Virus record (IMG/VR): IMGVR_UViG_2880372215_000012
Length of the DNA: 38,479 bases
Reading direction: 5' to 3' (one strand)
From: a virus
Taxonomy: Duplodnaviria; Heunggongvirae; Uroviricota; Caudoviricetes
The notes beneath the pieces were generated by a model. It ran no database searches and was not told the DNA's origin. It saw only the letters and a program-made list of their open reading frames with translations. This document shows, piece after piece, positions 20,256-30,472 of the stretch. Numbering within the stretch: position 1 is the first letter of the stretch; each line of letters begins with the position of its first letter. The translations under genes and the position numbers were made by a program.

Positions 20256-21765
20256 TTATTCTTCGGACTGGTCGTCGGTGTGCTGCGGCTCCTGTCGTTT
20301 CGTTGCGGCACTGCTGCCTCCTTTATCACTGGCCGGATCGGTATCAAATACCAGATCCAGCTTGCGGTTTTCATCAATTTCGGCCTTGCGCCGACGTTTG
20401 ACATCATCCGGATTACGACCACCTGCACGTACCCAGTCTGATTCTGTCGCTGCTCCACCACGAATCTGAATTTTCCAGGCCTCAGCCTCCTTAACAGGGT
20501 CAATCCACGGCATCACCGGTCCGGAATACACCGCGGTATACAGTGAAGAACGGTCAAGATCGCGGGGTAGCCTGATAACACCGGATGCCACAGCCTGTTT
20601 CAGCCAGGCACGATACATCGGGCGGGTGACGGCACCAATAAACCAGTCCTGCAGGATCAGGTAGCCATCAGTGGATTCAACCAGCTCCTGACGCTGGGCG
20701 CTGTAAGTGCCGTTATAGTTGCGCGCTGTACTGGAAAAAATTCAGACGACTGCCCGCCGCCACGGCACGCAACTGACCATTACGAAAAGTTTCAAGGTTA
20801 GGATTGGGGCGATCCGACTTCACCATTCCGATTTCTTCGCCGGGTTTCAGATCGTCGTAAATAATGCCTGGCTGAATGGTAAGCTCGCGTTCCTTATCCT
20901 TGCTGCCATTACCATCCGGTTCATAGCTCTGCCCATCGCCTTTCCGGATGTACATCCCCAGAGCAGCGGCGATCCTTGCTGCAGTCAGCTCAGAATCCTC
21001 ATACTCTTTCAGGGCACTGAGGCGGATCAGCACACCGGACAACAAAGACGTCCCGCGCATCTGGTGCAGACGGCGAACAAATTTAAGATGCAGCATTCGC
21101 TCTGCATCCACTTCTTTGGTTTCCATCTGCCGTCCGGATACGGGACGGCTTTTATACACCAGATATTTTTCGGGACGCCCCCAGTCATCAACAAACACGC
21201 CCTGATTCAGCCTGTTGCTCTCATCACTGGTCATGGGAATAAAGTCTGGCTCGAGCGCCTCCAGCCAGAAATGAACACCGGCAGAAGGCGTCAGGCTGTT
21301 TATGCGCCCGGAAACCATCTGGGCAAACACCTCACCATCGCGCAGCCAGGTACGCAGCATCAGACGTTCCAGCATCGGACGGGTAAACTGCCCGGTGACT
21401 TCCGGACTGACAGACCATTCACTCCATCGGGTGCGTATCTCCGCTGCCAGATCACGGGCAATGGCCCCATTGCGTAATACCGGATGTGGCTCGACAATAA
21501 TCCCGTTTTTCCCCACCACCCGTTCTTCCAGCTTGTCAAATACACCAATAACCAGATCGTGGTTGTTATCAAGGTAACGGGCCTGCTCACGTAACGACAC
21601 GGCCCCGTACTGGCTTAACTGGTCGGCAGTTCGGTTTTCCCGCCGGGCTTTGTGTGTCCGCGTCGTTTTTACGGCCTCATAAGCCTGGATCACCGCACGG
21701 GAACGCAGCCTTGCCGCTTTCCATCCTGGTGAAAAAACGCCAATCACATCATCAAGAATTGCCAT
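20256..21765 (-). pseudogene. Portal protein gene interrupted by a frameshift at an A6/T6 homopolymer (20735..20740)
   Basis: N-terminal ORF 20713..21765 ends ..SRLNFFQYSAQL*, while the downstream frame continues ..IFSSTARNYNGTYSAQRQELVES..MYRAWLKQ.. to 20256. Removing one A from the run joins the two into a ~500-aa portal. Confidence 0.7.
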
Positions 21766-21983
21766 CAGAACCTCGCCAGCCGGTACCCGGGATGCCCCCG
21801 TCGTCGTGTAATCAGAGCCGCAAGGCGGCGCTCCCACTCCTGCCGTCCCTGCCGGATCTCAGATAAGTTTTCCATGGTCATCTGCTGACCATTAAAGGTG
21901 ACGGATTTTCCGTCCAGCACCGCCATTTCAGCTTCCGTATAACGCTGAATCATGGCTTCGATATCATTCTGGTTCATAACCAT
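21765..21983 (-). CDS. Head-tail joining protein, gpW-like
   Basis: 72-aa ORF between terminase large subunit and portal, with overlapping stop/start; size and position as lambda W. Confidence 0.6.
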   Translation of the reverse strand: MVMNQNDIEAMIQRYTEAEMAVLDGKSVTFNGQQMTMENLSEIRQGRQEWERRLAALITRRRGHPGYRLARF

Positions 21984-24076
21984 CCTCCGGAAGTCAGCCA
22001 GGGGTTAACATCGTCAGTTACTGTTTTCTTCCGTTTTTGTTTTTTAACAGGCGTGGATACCGGTTCCGGTGAGGGTGACGGTTCGGTACTGTCCGGGACA
22101 CTCTCCAGCCAGGTTTCCCGGCTCGCCCACCCCGGTGCATCCGGCCAGCGGATCTTTTCGTATCCATGCAGAATGACCAGAGCCTCGGCATACACCATCA
22201 GGTCAAAAGCTTCGTTGGCACCGCGACCCGGCTTACTCCATTTCCCGTCACTACTCCGCTCTTCATACGTCAGTTCGTCGTAAAACCAGCTCCCCAGCCA
22301 GTCAGGGAAATGCACATAGCCGGGACCTGGAGAGTCACGCCATAACGCGTTATTCACCCGGTCTTTCAGTGCATCCGTCTGAAGAAGCCAGAGCGGCACA
22401 TCACCTGCGGCCTGCGCCCGTCGGCCCGTTCGTCCGGTGTTATCAGGGAATGTACGGGTGATCAGTTTTGCGCGCCGGATGCTGTCGCCCTTAAACAGGT
22501 AAATACGTTTACCAAGGCCATCACGACGGCAACGACGCCAGAATTTATAGGCATTATCAGTGACCCCGTCTTCACCGCCGGAGTCCACCGCCATTGCCAT
22601 CAGTCGCATTTGTTGAGAAGGATCGGAGGCCAGCGGCCAGCTTTTATGAAAAACATCCGTCAGCAGGACATCCCAGTCTTCCGGATAGCTGGCCGGATCA
22701 ATTCGCTGGCTCTCACCGTCGCTGTCACCGCGCAATGACTGCGTGATGTTGTAACGATCAATAATCCAGCGTTCGCCACGGCTGCCATAGCCCGTTACCT
22801 GAACCACAAAACGGCGATGACGTCCCGCCTGCACATCCACTGTCGCCACAAGGAAATTAACGCCATCCGGCACACTGCTGGAAGGAACTGGCTCTGCCCG
22901 CTGCTCAAGCAGTTCACTTTTTCGTTGCTCCATGCTGGCGCGGGGAAGATAAGGTAATCCCCAGTCGGTATTGATAACCGTCTTGAGTGTTTCTTCACTT
23001 CCGGTTGTCTCGTATTCCTGTTCTGCAGTAAGCAGTTTGTAAACGAGTTGCGAGAGTGTCTGGTAAGCAGCTGCCGGACCCTCCATCCAGAATGACGCAA
23101 TACGTGAGCGTCGGGGATCACCATAACGACTACCATCCGCATTGATGGATTCACCATCCCGCAACCAGACCCCACGTCCGTTCAGCTCACGTTTTTGTTC
23201 AGGCATAATCCGTCCTGAACAGGAAGGACACTGAATATAAGCCGCCTCACTTGCCAGCACGGGATCGGCAATATCACGGAAACCAGCAACCACATCGCCG
23301 CAGGGCTGAAAATACTCACCACAGTGTGGACAGGGCCAGTACCAGCGACGGCGATCGCCACGGTTATAGAGCGACAGTATCCCCGTGGTTGGTGGAGCCT
23401 CATGCGGTGAAGTCCGTCGCCATTTCACATCCTTCACATCCCTGCCGGGGGAACTCTCCACCAGCGTCATACCACTGGACATAAATGTGGTGGTACGTTT
23501 TGAGGCAAGAGAGAAGGCATCCCCCTCGCCATCAATATCTTCCGGAAAACGGTCATAATCCGTCAGCGCCACGCATTTATAATCTGATGAGGACATGATA
23601 TTGACTGACGGCCAGCCGATTTTCAGGTAGTTGCCAGCAAGGAATGTTCTGTCATAAACGTTGTTGTCATTTTTGTTCGGACTCAGGCGACTGACCACTT
23701 CCGGGCTGACGCGAAACGTTCTGGCGAGTCGTTTTTTGGAGTGTTCGCGGGCTTTTTCCTCCGTCATCTGAATGATCAGCATATCCGCAGGATCGCAAAT
23801 CACGTTGTAAATCACCCAGCCGTCAATCAGGCCGATAGTCTTGCCGGTTCGTGCCGGGCCAACAAATATCACTGCGTCGTATTCACGCGAGGCCAGGCAG
23901 TTCATCGGCTCAATAACATACGGTGCCACCAGCGGATCCCACGGGACTGAGTTCCCGGCCCCCATGGGCACCCGCATATACTGAGCAACGGCATCAGCAA
24001 CCCGCATTCGTCTCGGTGCGCGAAGGATATAACCTGAATCGGTTCGTGCTGCCTTTGCGGTTTCCTGATTCAGCAT
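21974..24076 (-). CDS. Terminase large subunit (lambda gpA family)
   Basis: 700 aa; Walker A GPARTGKT near the N-terminus; CPHCG..CPSC zinc-ribbon-like motifs; position after the small subunit. Confidence 0.9.
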   Translation of the reverse strand: MLNQETAKAARTDSGYILRAPRRMRVADAVAQYMRVPMGAGNSVPWDPLVAPYVIEPMNCLASREYDAVIFVGPARTGKTIGLIDGWVIYNVICDPADMLIIQMTEEKAREHSKKRLARTFRVSPEVVSRLSPNKNDNNVYDRTFLAGNYLKIGWPSVNIMSSSDYKCVALTDYDRFPEDIDGEGDAFSLASKRTTTFMSSGMTLVESSPGRDVKDVKWRRTSPHEAPPTTGILSLYNRGDRRRWYWPCPHCGEYFQPCGDVVAGFRDIADPVLASEAAYIQCPSCSGRIMPEQKRELNGRGVWLRDGESINADGSRYGDPRRSRIASFWMEGPAAAYQTLSQLVYKLLTAEQEYETTGSEETLKTVINTDWGLPYLPRASMEQRKSELLEQRAEPVPSSSVPDGVNFLVATVDVQAGRHRRFVVQVTGYGSRGERWIIDRYNITQSLRGDSDGESQRIDPASYPEDWDVLLTDVFHKSWPLASDPSQQMRLMAMAVDSGGEDGVTDNAYKFWRRCRRDGLGKRIYLFKGDSIRRAKLITRTFPDNTGRTGRRAQAAGDVPLWLLQTDALKDRVNNALWRDSPGPGYVHFPDWLGSWFYDELTYEERSSDGKWSKPGRGANEAFDLMVYAEALVILHGYEKIRWPDAPGWASRETWLESVPDSTEPSPSPEPVSTPVKKQKRKKTVTDDVNPWLTSGGWL

Positions 24077-24567
24077 TACTCCTCCTGCTGTAATTCCTCC
24101 TCATCATCCGCACCTGCTTCGGTCACCCGCAGGGCTATCTGATCGCGCAGATCATCAATAATGGACTGAACACGGCTCACAGCGGCAGGCTGCAGACCAC
24201 AGTCACGTTCCAGAATATCCGGTAATGTCTCCAGCACCTGCACGACCGCTTTTGCCCAGATGGCAAACTCCCGTCTGACATCACTGGCCGGAATGAGTTG
24301 TGCCGTTTCCTGTTCGAACTTAAGACGCTCACGTTCAGACTGATACCAGGCTTTGCGTTCATGTGGATCCATTTCGCCCTCAGCAACCGGCGGTGGTAAC
24401 CCCATAAATTCAGTCAGAATATCGGTCAACCGGTATAGCTTGAGTTTGTCATGTCCACCAGCGGGACGAATGTTTTTCAGTCTTGCCACGACAGTCTGGC
24501 GGTGCAGACCAGATAAAGCCGCCAGTTGATTAATATTCAGCACCAGGTTTTTCAACTCATGATCCAT
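24076..24567 (-). CDS. Terminase small subunit (Nu1-like, N-terminal winged HTH)
   Basis: 163 aa; HTH LNINQLAALSGLHRQTVVARL; acidic C-terminus; translationally coupled to the large subunit. Confidence 0.65.
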   Translation of the reverse strand: MDHELKNLVLNINQLAALSGLHRQTVVARLKNIRPAGGHDKLKLYRLTDILTEFMGLPPPVAEGEMDPHERKAWYQSERERLKFEQETAQLIPASDVRREFAIWAKAVVQVLETLPDILERDCGLQPAAVSRVQSIIDDLRDQIALRVTEAGADDEEELQQEE

Positions 24568-24595
24568 ATTTCCTCCGGAGAGCTTTAAACATGCA

Positions 24596-24657
24596 TCGTG
24601 CGAACAACTTTAAGAAAACGCGTTCGATGTCGAACAAAAAACACTCAATTCGACATA
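24596..24657. promoter_or_regulatory. Cluster of palindromes (GTTCGAtgTCGAAC; ATGTCGAA-N15-TTCGACAT) 30-90 bp upstream of the terminase small subunit; candidate terminase-binding (cosB-like) or operator sites
   Basis: Read directly from the sequence; function inferred from position only. Confidence 0.3.
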
Positions 24658-25381
24658 CAAAAAACAAATAACCATTAATAATCAATAAGATGCAAAGATG
24701 ATGGTGGCCGATAAAAATGCAAAAACTAGCCTTTTTCCGCGACGCTCCCGCCCCGTGGCAGGCCACCCCACCGGGAGGAGCCGTCAGCCTGAAAGCCATG
24801 ACGAACGTCTGATACAGCCCTTGCATGAATGGCATCGGGATAATCCAGAAAGGAATAGCATCGACCCACAAGAATCTGTGTGAGTGTCCTGTTTCTTCCA
24901 CCCCCGCACAGGACTGGCGAGCATGAGGGACAAACCCGCGAATCATTAGCGCGGTAAAAACCCGGTGTGCATCGTTTTTGATTATTCCCGCACACTCGCG
25001 CAGAAGGAGTTCCCCGTCGGGCTACGGTCATGGTTAATGCGGGAATACAGCGACGATACAGCGCATGATGTGTCAGGCTTGAATACCTTTATCCGTTAAA
25101 AGGGATATCAGTTAAGTTATCCCGTGTAGGGTATAAGCCATTATCAAAGCCACTCTGTAGGGAGTGGCTTTTGTAATGGCAATAAAAAAGCCCCGCGAAT
25201 GCGAGGCTAAATCCAGGTATTTTTAATGACTGGCTCTTATCTCAACGCAGCCCCTTACCGCGCGCCAGATGCTCAATATCAAGCATCAGCAATGAGATGT
25301 TTAACCATGATTCACTCCAGAAGTGAGCACCACCCTGTCTACAGAGCCAGATGTGAAGGATGATGAGTAAAATTATCGCTA

Positions 25382-25849
25382 TCATCGAAGGCATTGCGTC
25401 CTGATGTATTCCTGAAGCGTTCTCAGTGCTGTTTGGTCGCGGATAATTCCGTCCCGGATACCGAGAACGTTTCGTCCAGCAACTGGAGAGAGTTCGACGG
25501 TGGCATCATTGCCCATGCCGGAGGCGCTGGAGGTTTCGTCTGAGGATGGCACAGGGCATTTTCCTTTGACGAACACCCGACCACCATTATCAAGCTTGCG
25601 CCGAAGAGCATCATTTTTAGCTTTCGCATCAGCTAACTCCTTCGTGTATTTAGCATCGAGTGCATCAGCAGCACGCTGGCGCTGCTGCATGTCAGTAATG
25701 GTGGCGGTCGCCTGCTTCAGCTCACTGACTTTTTTATCACGCTGTTCTTTATAGGCGATGGCGTTATCACGGTAATGATTAACCGCCCATGACTGGCAGA
25801 CGATGATGCAGATAACCAGAGCGGAGATAATCGCGGTTACTCTGCTCAT
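25382..25849 (-). CDS. Rz: Spanin inner-membrane subunit Rz
   Basis: [34 protein letters not shown].. matches lambda Rz. Confidence 0.85.
   Translation of the reverse strand: MSRVTAIISALVICIIVCQSWAVNHYRDNAIAYKEQRDKKVSELKQATATITDMQQRQRAADALDAKYTKELADAKAKNDALRRKLDNGGRVFVKGKCPVPSSDETSSASGMGNDATVELSPVAGRNVLGIRDGIIRDQTALRTLQEYIRTQCLR
25423..25629 (-). CDS. Rz1: Spanin outer-membrane lipoprotein Rz1, embedded in the +1 frame of Rz
   Basis: [21 protein letters not shown].. with lipobox VVGC and a Pro-rich segment, nested entirely within Rz as in lambda. Confidence 0.7.
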   Translation of the reverse strand: MRKLKMMLFGASLIMVVGCSSKENALCHPQTKPPAPPAWAMMPPSNSLQLLDETFSVSGTELSATKQH

Positions 25850-26343
25850 TGTTGCCCCCACAAACAGACTTCACGCTCAATCTCGCGGCGAGTCATCAGC
25901 CCTTTCCATTGCTTACCGCCAGCGTATGTCCAGCGCCGTAGCTGATCACATGCGCCTTTGATATCACCCTGGTTTATTTTGCGAAGAAGCGTCGATGTTC
26001 TGAAATTACCAGCGCCCACGTTGTAAACGAACGAGTAAAGAGCGCCGCGCGTTGTTTCCGGTATATCGACTTTGATGTACGGGTTAATTTGTCTGGCGAC
26101 CGTGGCAAGGTCTTTATTCAGGAGGGCTTTGCATTCTGCTTCGGTATACGTTTTACCGGGAATGATGTCTTTTCCGGTGTGTCCGTGACATACAGTCCAT
26201 ACGCCAACGATATCTTCGTATGGTATGTAGCTGACACCTTCCAGGCCATCGTCACCACTCGGACCAGTGATGAGCACAGACGCTATGGCAGCAGCCCCAC
26301 CACCAATAGCAGCAGCAACAGCCTTGCGTAATGATGGCGACAT
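25846..26343 (-). CDS. R: SAR endolysin (phage 21 R-type lysozyme with N-terminal signal-arrest-release helix)
   Basis: [28 protein letters not shown].. Gly/Ala-rich SAR segment followed by a lysozyme domain (..[12 protein letters not shown]..). Confidence 0.9.
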   Translation of the reverse strand: MSPSLRKAVAAAIGGGAAAIASVLITGPSGDDGLEGVSYIPYEDIVGVWTVCHGHTGKDIIPGKTYTEAECKALLNKDLATVARQINPYIKVDIPETTRGALYSFVYNVGAGNFRTSTLLRKINQGDIKGACDQLRRWTYAGGKQWKGLMTRREIEREVCLWGQQ

Positions 26344-26558
26344 TATTCACCTCTCGCAGCCTTACGCTTATCTTCTTTAATCTTGAAATAAAGGTTTGTC
26401 AGATACGTCAGCAAGCCAAACACCAAGCTACCCAATACGCCTATTGCCACCCACTGGGATGGGGAGACTTTGTCCAGCAACTGCAGTAGCCAGTATCCCG
26501 TCCCCACCGCTGACGTGGTGTATGACACACCTGTTGTTATTTTTTCCATCTGGTACAT
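26343..26558 (-). CDS. S: Holin, phage 21 S-type (pinholin-like), with possible dual starts at 26558 and 26549
   Basis: ..[49 protein letters not shown]; two in-frame Met codons three codons apart (MYQMEKI); directly precedes R. Confidence 0.85.
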   Translation of the reverse strand: MYQMEKITTGVSYTTSAVGTGYWLLQLLDKVSPSQWVAIGVLGSLVFGLLTYLTNLYFKIKEDKRKAARGE

Positions 26559-27423
26559 ACCCCGTCTCCCGTTATCCGGAAGCTGACAACAATAAAAAGC
26601 CACCAGTTAATTCCTGATGGCCCTGATGCATAAACGTCATAATACCTGACTGTTATGATTGACAATAATGATAATGTTTATATAGAAAGGTTCCCGATGT
26701 GTGTTACATATCATTTCTCCACGGGGAATATCCCCACGCCAGCGCAGACTCTTTTACCCGTTCTCTTCTGCGCTGGCTCTTTTTTATTATGCTGCTGCAT
26801 TTACCTCTGGCACCATGCTTTCTATCTCAACACAATACGTGGTACTTCTTGTAACCAATATCATAACGATTAATCGACATAGAATTTCTCCCGTGTACAG
26901 GAACAGAGTTAAAAAGCCGGAACCGGAATCAAATCACAGGATGACCATCTGCCAGTGGCAGGTCATAAAAAAAAGGCCGCGCCATGCGCAGCCAGAACTC
27001 ACAAGGAAAATGATAGAAGGAAATAACATTAGTGATGTACGCATGGCGCCTCCCGCTAAGTTCTGCAATGATCAAACAGAACTCGCTACGTGCCCTTAAA
27101 ACTCGATCATTTAGCCCCTCCAAGGAGGATTCACCATGCGGTTGATTTTTTAATAAACAGTAAACAAAAAAGTCAAGAATTATTCATTCTGTTCTTTCAT
27201 CATCGGCCACAGCAATACCACAATGCCGCAGACCAGAGCGCCATCAGTCAGTACCAACATTATCCTGCTGGTGAAATCCATCATCACCATCACTAAAAGC
27301 AGGATCACAACAGCAAGCAGACACAGTTTATAAAACAATGTTCAGGAAACGCATTCAGCATGCCTAAGGTTCTATTCCTACGAATAGCCAACTTGCAACT
27401 TAAAATATTATTTATGCAGCCAA

Positions 27424-28182
27424 TTAAATTCTGGTCCTTACAATATCAACCTGAAGATTCTTATCTTGTGCTGATTGATAAATGACAAACCTTTTACTAC
27501 CTGCATTGAAAGAAGTAGACAAAACCAGACAATTATCATAACGAGCAAGAACATAATACCAACCATCATTATAATTAATCATTTCATATTCTTTCTTAAA
27601 CTGTGGTTTGTAATATCCTGTCAGAAATGAAAAAAGCCAGAAATATGCCACAAAAGCAATCATCACAATCTCAAAAAAATGTTTTTTTATAAATGGCTTA
27701 TCATAGAAGCATGATACCGATAAAAATCGCCCATAAGATCTTATCGAAATTGTAACCGCCAGCGCAATCGCTGCTGACAGTAGCAAAAGAGGTACCTGAA
27801 TCTTCTGTCTCAATATAGAAAACTCAATAATTGCCGGCACAAACAATAATTCCACAGCAAAATAAAGGCGAAATACATTTAGCTCTTGCATAGAATGTTT
27901 TCTTTTCACTGCGAAAAAGAATACAACACCAATACCCCAACCGATAAGAAATATAGCAATGACGATAACTGCAAAAAATAAACTTCTGGCAACATCATCA
28001 ACACCTGCACCTACAATCCACCATGGGAAGCCGTAGTAAAAAGAAGTACCCCATCCATAGAAATAAGCACTCCCCCATCCAAGGCATCCCATGTAGGCAA
28101 TAAAAAGTGAAGAACTCCTGAGCAGCGCACCATCCTTCATAACCACCCCAATACAAGATGATAACATTGGCTTACAACTCAT
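27424..28182 (-). CDS. Hypothetical polytopic membrane protein (moron between Q and the lysis cassette)
   Basis: 252-aa ORF, strongly hydrophobic and aromatic-rich with several predicted TM segments; AT-rich; no family recognised. The start may be the internal Met at 28140. Confidence 0.5.
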   Translation of the reverse strand: MSCKPMLSSCIGVVMKDGALLRSSSLFIAYMGCLGWGSAYFYGWGTSFYYGFPWWIVGAGVDDVARSLFFAVIVIAIFLIGWGIGVVFFFAVKRKHSMQELNVFRLYFAVELLFVPAIIEFSILRQKIQVPLLLLSAAIALAVTISIRSYGRFLSVSCFYDKPFIKKHFFEIVMIAFVAYFWLFSFLTGYYKPQFKKEYEMINYNDGWYYVLARYDNCLVLSTSFNAGSKRFVIYQSAQDKNLQVDIVRTRI

Positions 28183-28282
28183 AACAAAAGCAATTCAATG
28201 CCGTCAAGAGGTTACAGGCTAAAAAAACTCTATTACATAGCAGCCAGCATGTTTACCGTACAAGTACAACTCAGGGCATAAA

Positions 28283-28312
28283 AAAACCCACTCGGCAGCG
28301 GGTTTATACATT
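28283..28312 (-). terminator. Candidate tR'-like terminator downstream of the Q gene
   Basis: Minus strand: AAACCC-loop-GGGTTT followed by a T-run, about 50-70 bp below the Q stop; a promoter-like AT-rich segment lies between. Confidence 0.35.
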
Positions 28313-28350
28313 TTTTACAACATACCAAATTTGCATGAAGTATATGGCTT

Positions 28351-29040
28351 TTAATCCAGTTTTGCAATATTTTGCTGTAAAAATGCTGCCTTTTGTTTTG
28401 AACGTGTTCTCGTCACAAGCAATAAAGCATCACTATCAAGCTGTAGAAAAATGTGCTTCATTGCAACCCAGCGTTCAGTAAATGTCTCGGACCAGTTTTT
28501 TGTTGTCACTCCCACCAATGATGCCAGTGTCTGGTATTCATAGGCCTCACGCCCTGCAAGTTCGCTCTTCACATCCTGTGCAGCCAGCCAGATTAACGTC
28601 TTCAGGCGATCCAGTGTCTTACCTGCAATTTTTCTGTTACTTAACAAATCTTTAAACTCGCTCCATGCCCATTGCGTTATGGTGACCTGATGCCCCCATC
28701 GAACGCTTTCGCTGTAACACCAAAGCAACCATGCTTTCTGATGTTCATCGAGAGACAAAACCGCGCGGCGCCATGAAGAGGTTGAGAATTCAACCGGGCT
28801 GACCAAAGCAATGGATGAACCTTTTGCGTACGACTGCTTACCGGAAGTCGGCGTATTATCCAGCGTAATCATCTTGCCAGTTACCACATCCAGAATGCGC
28901 GGCTTCTTTCGTTTGTATGTACCAGTATCAAATTGTGCATGCTCCTGCCAGGCTTCGAGCTGGCCTTTCGTTGCTCCGTTCAAGTCAGCAGTAGCTGCCA
29001 TAAGTTGCTCACGAACATACTGTAAATATTGGGTATTCAT
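28351..29040 (-). CDS. Putative late-gene antiterminator Q (non-lambda Q type, about 229 aa)
   Basis: Called mainly by synteny (downstream of the nin genes, upstream of the late promoter region and lysis genes) and size; start placed at MNTQYLQYVREQ (29040). Confidence 0.55.
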   Translation of the reverse strand: MNTQYLQYVREQLMAATADLNGATKGQLEAWQEHAQFDTGTYKRKKPRILDVVTGKMITLDNTPTSGKQSYAKGSSIALVSPVEFSTSSWRRAVLSLDEHQKAWLLWCYSESVRWGHQVTITQWAWSEFKDLLSNRKIAGKTLDRLKTLIWLAAQDVKSELAGREAYEYQTLASLVGVTTKNWSETFTERWVAMKHIFLQLDSDALLLVTRTRSKQKAAFLQQNIAKLD

Positions 29041-29512
29041 GCAGTAAATCCTTTCTATATTTTGGCATAATTCTTCAACATTCGGTAATCGTTCAAAACC
29101 GAATCGGGGAAACGACATAAGCACAGGAGCCCCAGCGACAGCGAAGGAGTTCTGATATATAAGACTCAGACATCATTCATTCCCCGGTTCTCCAATATCT
29201 GTTTCACTCATCATCCATAACTACCTGTAATTGCCCCCCTTTTTTTGTAACAGTTCTTATATTGCTATATAGAATAGCCATTACTAATGCATTTAAATTT
29301 AATAAAATAAAATTATAAAAAACATAAAACACCACGCAAACACACTTAATAAAAACACCGTTACATTAAAAGATAATAAAAACCGCAATAAAAAACGAAT
29401 AAATCAATTGTCTCACGCAATTATAAAACATCATATTGATTACGCACCTTGCATTACAAACTCATGTATGTAAAATACGCGCACCATTCAAAAAAAAGGA
29501 AGACAATAACAT

Positions 29513-30472
29513 ATGAAAAAAAGTGTCATCGCTGGCGTCTTTATTGCTCTGTCATTTACCACGTGTTCAGCTATCGCGAACAGCCTTGCATTATCATTAG
29601 CAAATGATGATGCAGGGAAGTTTCAACCAATACTTAATGATATTTATGGCAATAAACATGAAAACAGAGATGATTACTCACAAGGCTTATTTCTGGGATA
29701 TAGCCACGATATCTCAGACTCGAGCCAATTATCTCTCCATATTGCGCAAGATATTTACTCTCCATCAGGCAGTAATAAAAGACACAACACAGCTGTAACT
29801 GGAGACAGAGCTTTTAGTGCATACACTCACACTGGTATTGAATGGAACTCCCTTGCGAATGACTGGATTCGCTATCGATTAGGTACTGACATAGGTGTTG
29901 TTGGCCCCGACGCAGGCGGTCAGAAAGTACAAAATAAAGCTCATGAGATTATTGGGGCAGAAAAATATCATGCATGGGATGATCAAATAGAGAATCGCTA
30001 CGGTTATACTGTAAAAGGGATGCTATCCATGACACCAAGTATGGATATTTTAGGTGCTAATGTTGGATTATACCCTGAAGTTTCTGCTGTTACTGGAAAC
30101 TTATTTCAATATGTAGCATATGGCGCAACCATTGCCATTGGTAATGATAAAACCTTCAATTCGGATAATGGCTTTGGTCTGCTGGCTCCCCGTGGTTTAA
30201 TGCATATGTCCGATACAAGCGGATTCAAATACAAGATTTTTGCAGGTATGGAAAGACGAGATGTCAATCGCAACTATACTCTCGAAGGAAAAACAATACA
30301 GACGAAACAAACAACAGTATCGCTAAACAAAACTGTTGATGAATATCAAGTTGGCGCAACAATTGGGTATGCACCTGTAGCCTTCACACTAGCATTTAAT
30401 AAAGTAACATCAGAATTCAAGACAGGGGATGACTATTCATTTATAAATGGAGCAATCACCTTCTTTTTTTAA
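29513..30472 (+). CDS. lpxR: Outer-membrane beta-barrel protein, probably LpxR-family lipid A 3'-O-deacylase; opposite-strand moron between ninI and Q
   Basis: 319 aa; signal peptide MKKSVIAGVFIALSFTTCSAIA; C-terminal ..GAITFFF aromatic terminus typical of beta-barrels; length and remembered motifs fit LpxR. RBS AAGGAAG upstream; about 300 bp of roughly 75 percent AT upstream. Confidence 0.55.
   Translation: MKKSVIAGVFIALSFTTCSAIANSLALSLANDDAGKFQPILNDIYGNKHENRDDYSQGLFLGYSHDISDSSQLSLHIAQDIYSPSGSNKRHNTAVTGDRAFSAYTHTGIEWNSLANDWIRYRLGTDIGVVGPDAGGQKVQNKAHEIIGAEKYHAWDDQIENRYGYTVKGMLSMTPSMDILGANVGLYPEVSAVTGNLFQYVAYGATIAIGNDKTFNSDNGFGLLAPRGLMHMSDTSGFKYKIFAGMERRDVNRNYTLEGKTIQTKQTTVSLNKTVDEYQVGATIGYAPVAFTLAFNKVTSEFKTGDDYSFINGAITFFF

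Noticed and set aside
24557-25031. ORFs 24557..24946 and 24726..25031 (minus) in the Rz-to-terminase spacer
   Set aside because: Cys/His/Phe/Arg-rich low-complexity translations without RBS or recognisable domains, overlapping the terminase start; more likely non-coding cos/regulatory DNA.
26604-27423. tRNA genes or stx-like toxin genes in the Q-to-S interval
   Set aside because: No tRNA-like conserved arms or toxin-like ORFs were seen by eye; only low-complexity short ORFs. A tRNA scan would be needed to exclude them fully.
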